Assembly: GCA_040954595.2 (NCBI GenBank)
Contig: CM082577.2
Location: 4,638,301 to 4,702,300, forward strand
DNA: 64,000 bases
Reading direction: 5' to 3'
Source: Balanoglossus misakiensis
Taxonomy: Eukaryota > Animalia > Hemichordata
The position numbers and the translations under genes were made by a program. Below the pieces are notes generated by a model. It was given only the letters and a program-made list of their open reading frames with translations, was not told the origin of the DNA and ran no database searches. Within the stretch, counting starts at the first letter, position 1; every line of letters begins with the position of its first letter. Positions 63,097-64,000 of this stretch are shown piece by piece.

Positions 63097-63110
63097 AGTA
63101 CCAGCTGAAC

Positions 63111-63158
63111 ATGAAGATTATCCTAGTGGCGTTGCTCTTTTACCTGGCTACTTCTCAG
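63111..63158 (+). CDS. First coding exon of a secreted or membrane protein (signal peptide MKIILVALLFYLATSQ); gene continues beyond the window
   Basis: Acceptor cattccAG (63097-98), AACATGA start context, basic-hydrophobic signal peptide and consensus donor CAG|GTGAGT. Confidence 0.6.
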
Positions 63159-64000
63159 GTGAGTGAAAATTATCTCGTCAAAAACTGCGTCATTGTATTT
63201 CGCATACAAATAATTAAACAATCGTCAATTAAGTCTTTTCCCCAAAAATAGAACGTGAATATTTGAGGTTTTTCTTTTCATACCATTTACAACGTATGAT
63301 ATAAAATCACACGGGAAAAAAATTATGTAAGCAAAAAAATTGGAATTTTCAGAACGAACGACGAATTACATAACAAAAGAAATTTTGTCGGTATCAATCC
63401 TGAGCATTCGTTGACTCGGAGCGATTTGATTGTTGTCAAAGCTTTGTTATGAAGTTAACAAACAACAAAAACAGCTCGTGGTGCCAACTTACGCAGTCCT
63501 GGAGCTACGTGGTCCGATAGTTGGATGGGCGGATCCGCCCGTCCGCACGCTTCGACTGCTGACAGCTGTTTACTCTGCTCCTCGGTTTAGCCAACCACTG
63601 CCATAAACGGGACTGTCGCGTTGTGCGAAATCTCGTACTACTAATGTAGTCGTCACTTTTTATCATGCCAGTGAACCTAAAGCAGAAGATGTCATTTTTG
63701 CAGGAATAATCAATATTTCAACAACTTTCTATATGCCGAGGATCGTATTTTAGACCAGTGCGTATTTCCAGTTAGATGTACTTTCTATCATAGCGAGCCC
63801 ACATATTCACAGTACATGTACTTCTTTTCGCCAGCGCGCGATCGTTTACAGCATGCACTAGGTTCCATCATCACCTGTAAGCATTAAGCAGAGCTGCAAT
63901 GTACATTCACGCTCGCTTGACGGTCCAGACACGGGGCGACGACTCGATTTTAACCGTATGTTAGAAAGCTGGGGAACGGGTCTTATTTTCGGACGACTAA

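Noticed and set aside
62437-63251. Phe-rich membrane-protein-like ORFs, and a possible CRISPR-like array
   Set aside because: Products of a pyrimidine-rich 173-bp tandem repeat; no unique spacers or cas genes, and the context is eukaryotic.
63690-63710. Candidate next exon of the secreted-protein gene (tttttgcAG at about 63703)
   Set aside because: The phase-0 reading gives GAA TAA, an immediate stop; the next exon is probably outside the window.

Overview
AT-rich, intron-containing animal DNA, probably an invertebrate deuterostome (inferred from gene content and repeat style, not proven). Tracing GT/AG boundaries and codon phases by eye supports four genes. (1) The 3' end of a + strand gene with a cyclic-nucleotide-binding domain (CNBD1/CNBD2-like; 7 exons, <1-2690), mostly missed by the ORF track. 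(2) A single-coding-exon, divergent Olig/Beta3-like bHLH gene (22896-23603, +) alone in about 36 kb of non-coding DNA, bracketed by convergent CTCF-like motifs. (3) A complete 30-exon polycystin-1/REJ-family receptor-channel gene on the - strand (39738-57526, about 3015 aa). Its unusual ectodomain reads signal peptide, duplicated S/T/P exons, EGF x2, LamG-like, F-type-lectin-like, WSC, PKD x3-4, REJ, GAIN/GPS, followed by TM1, PLAT and TM2-11, and one intron is probably GC-AG. (4) The signal-peptide exon of a + strand secreted-protein gene (63111-63158), preceded by 3 x 173 bp intronic repeats. Also present: a TA-flanked MITE, a double-hairpin element with a diverged second copy, a 21-bp-arm palindrome, an orphan cadherin-like exon and many microsatellites. 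No rRNA, tRNA or CRISPR features were seen. All family assignments come from motif recognition, not database searches.
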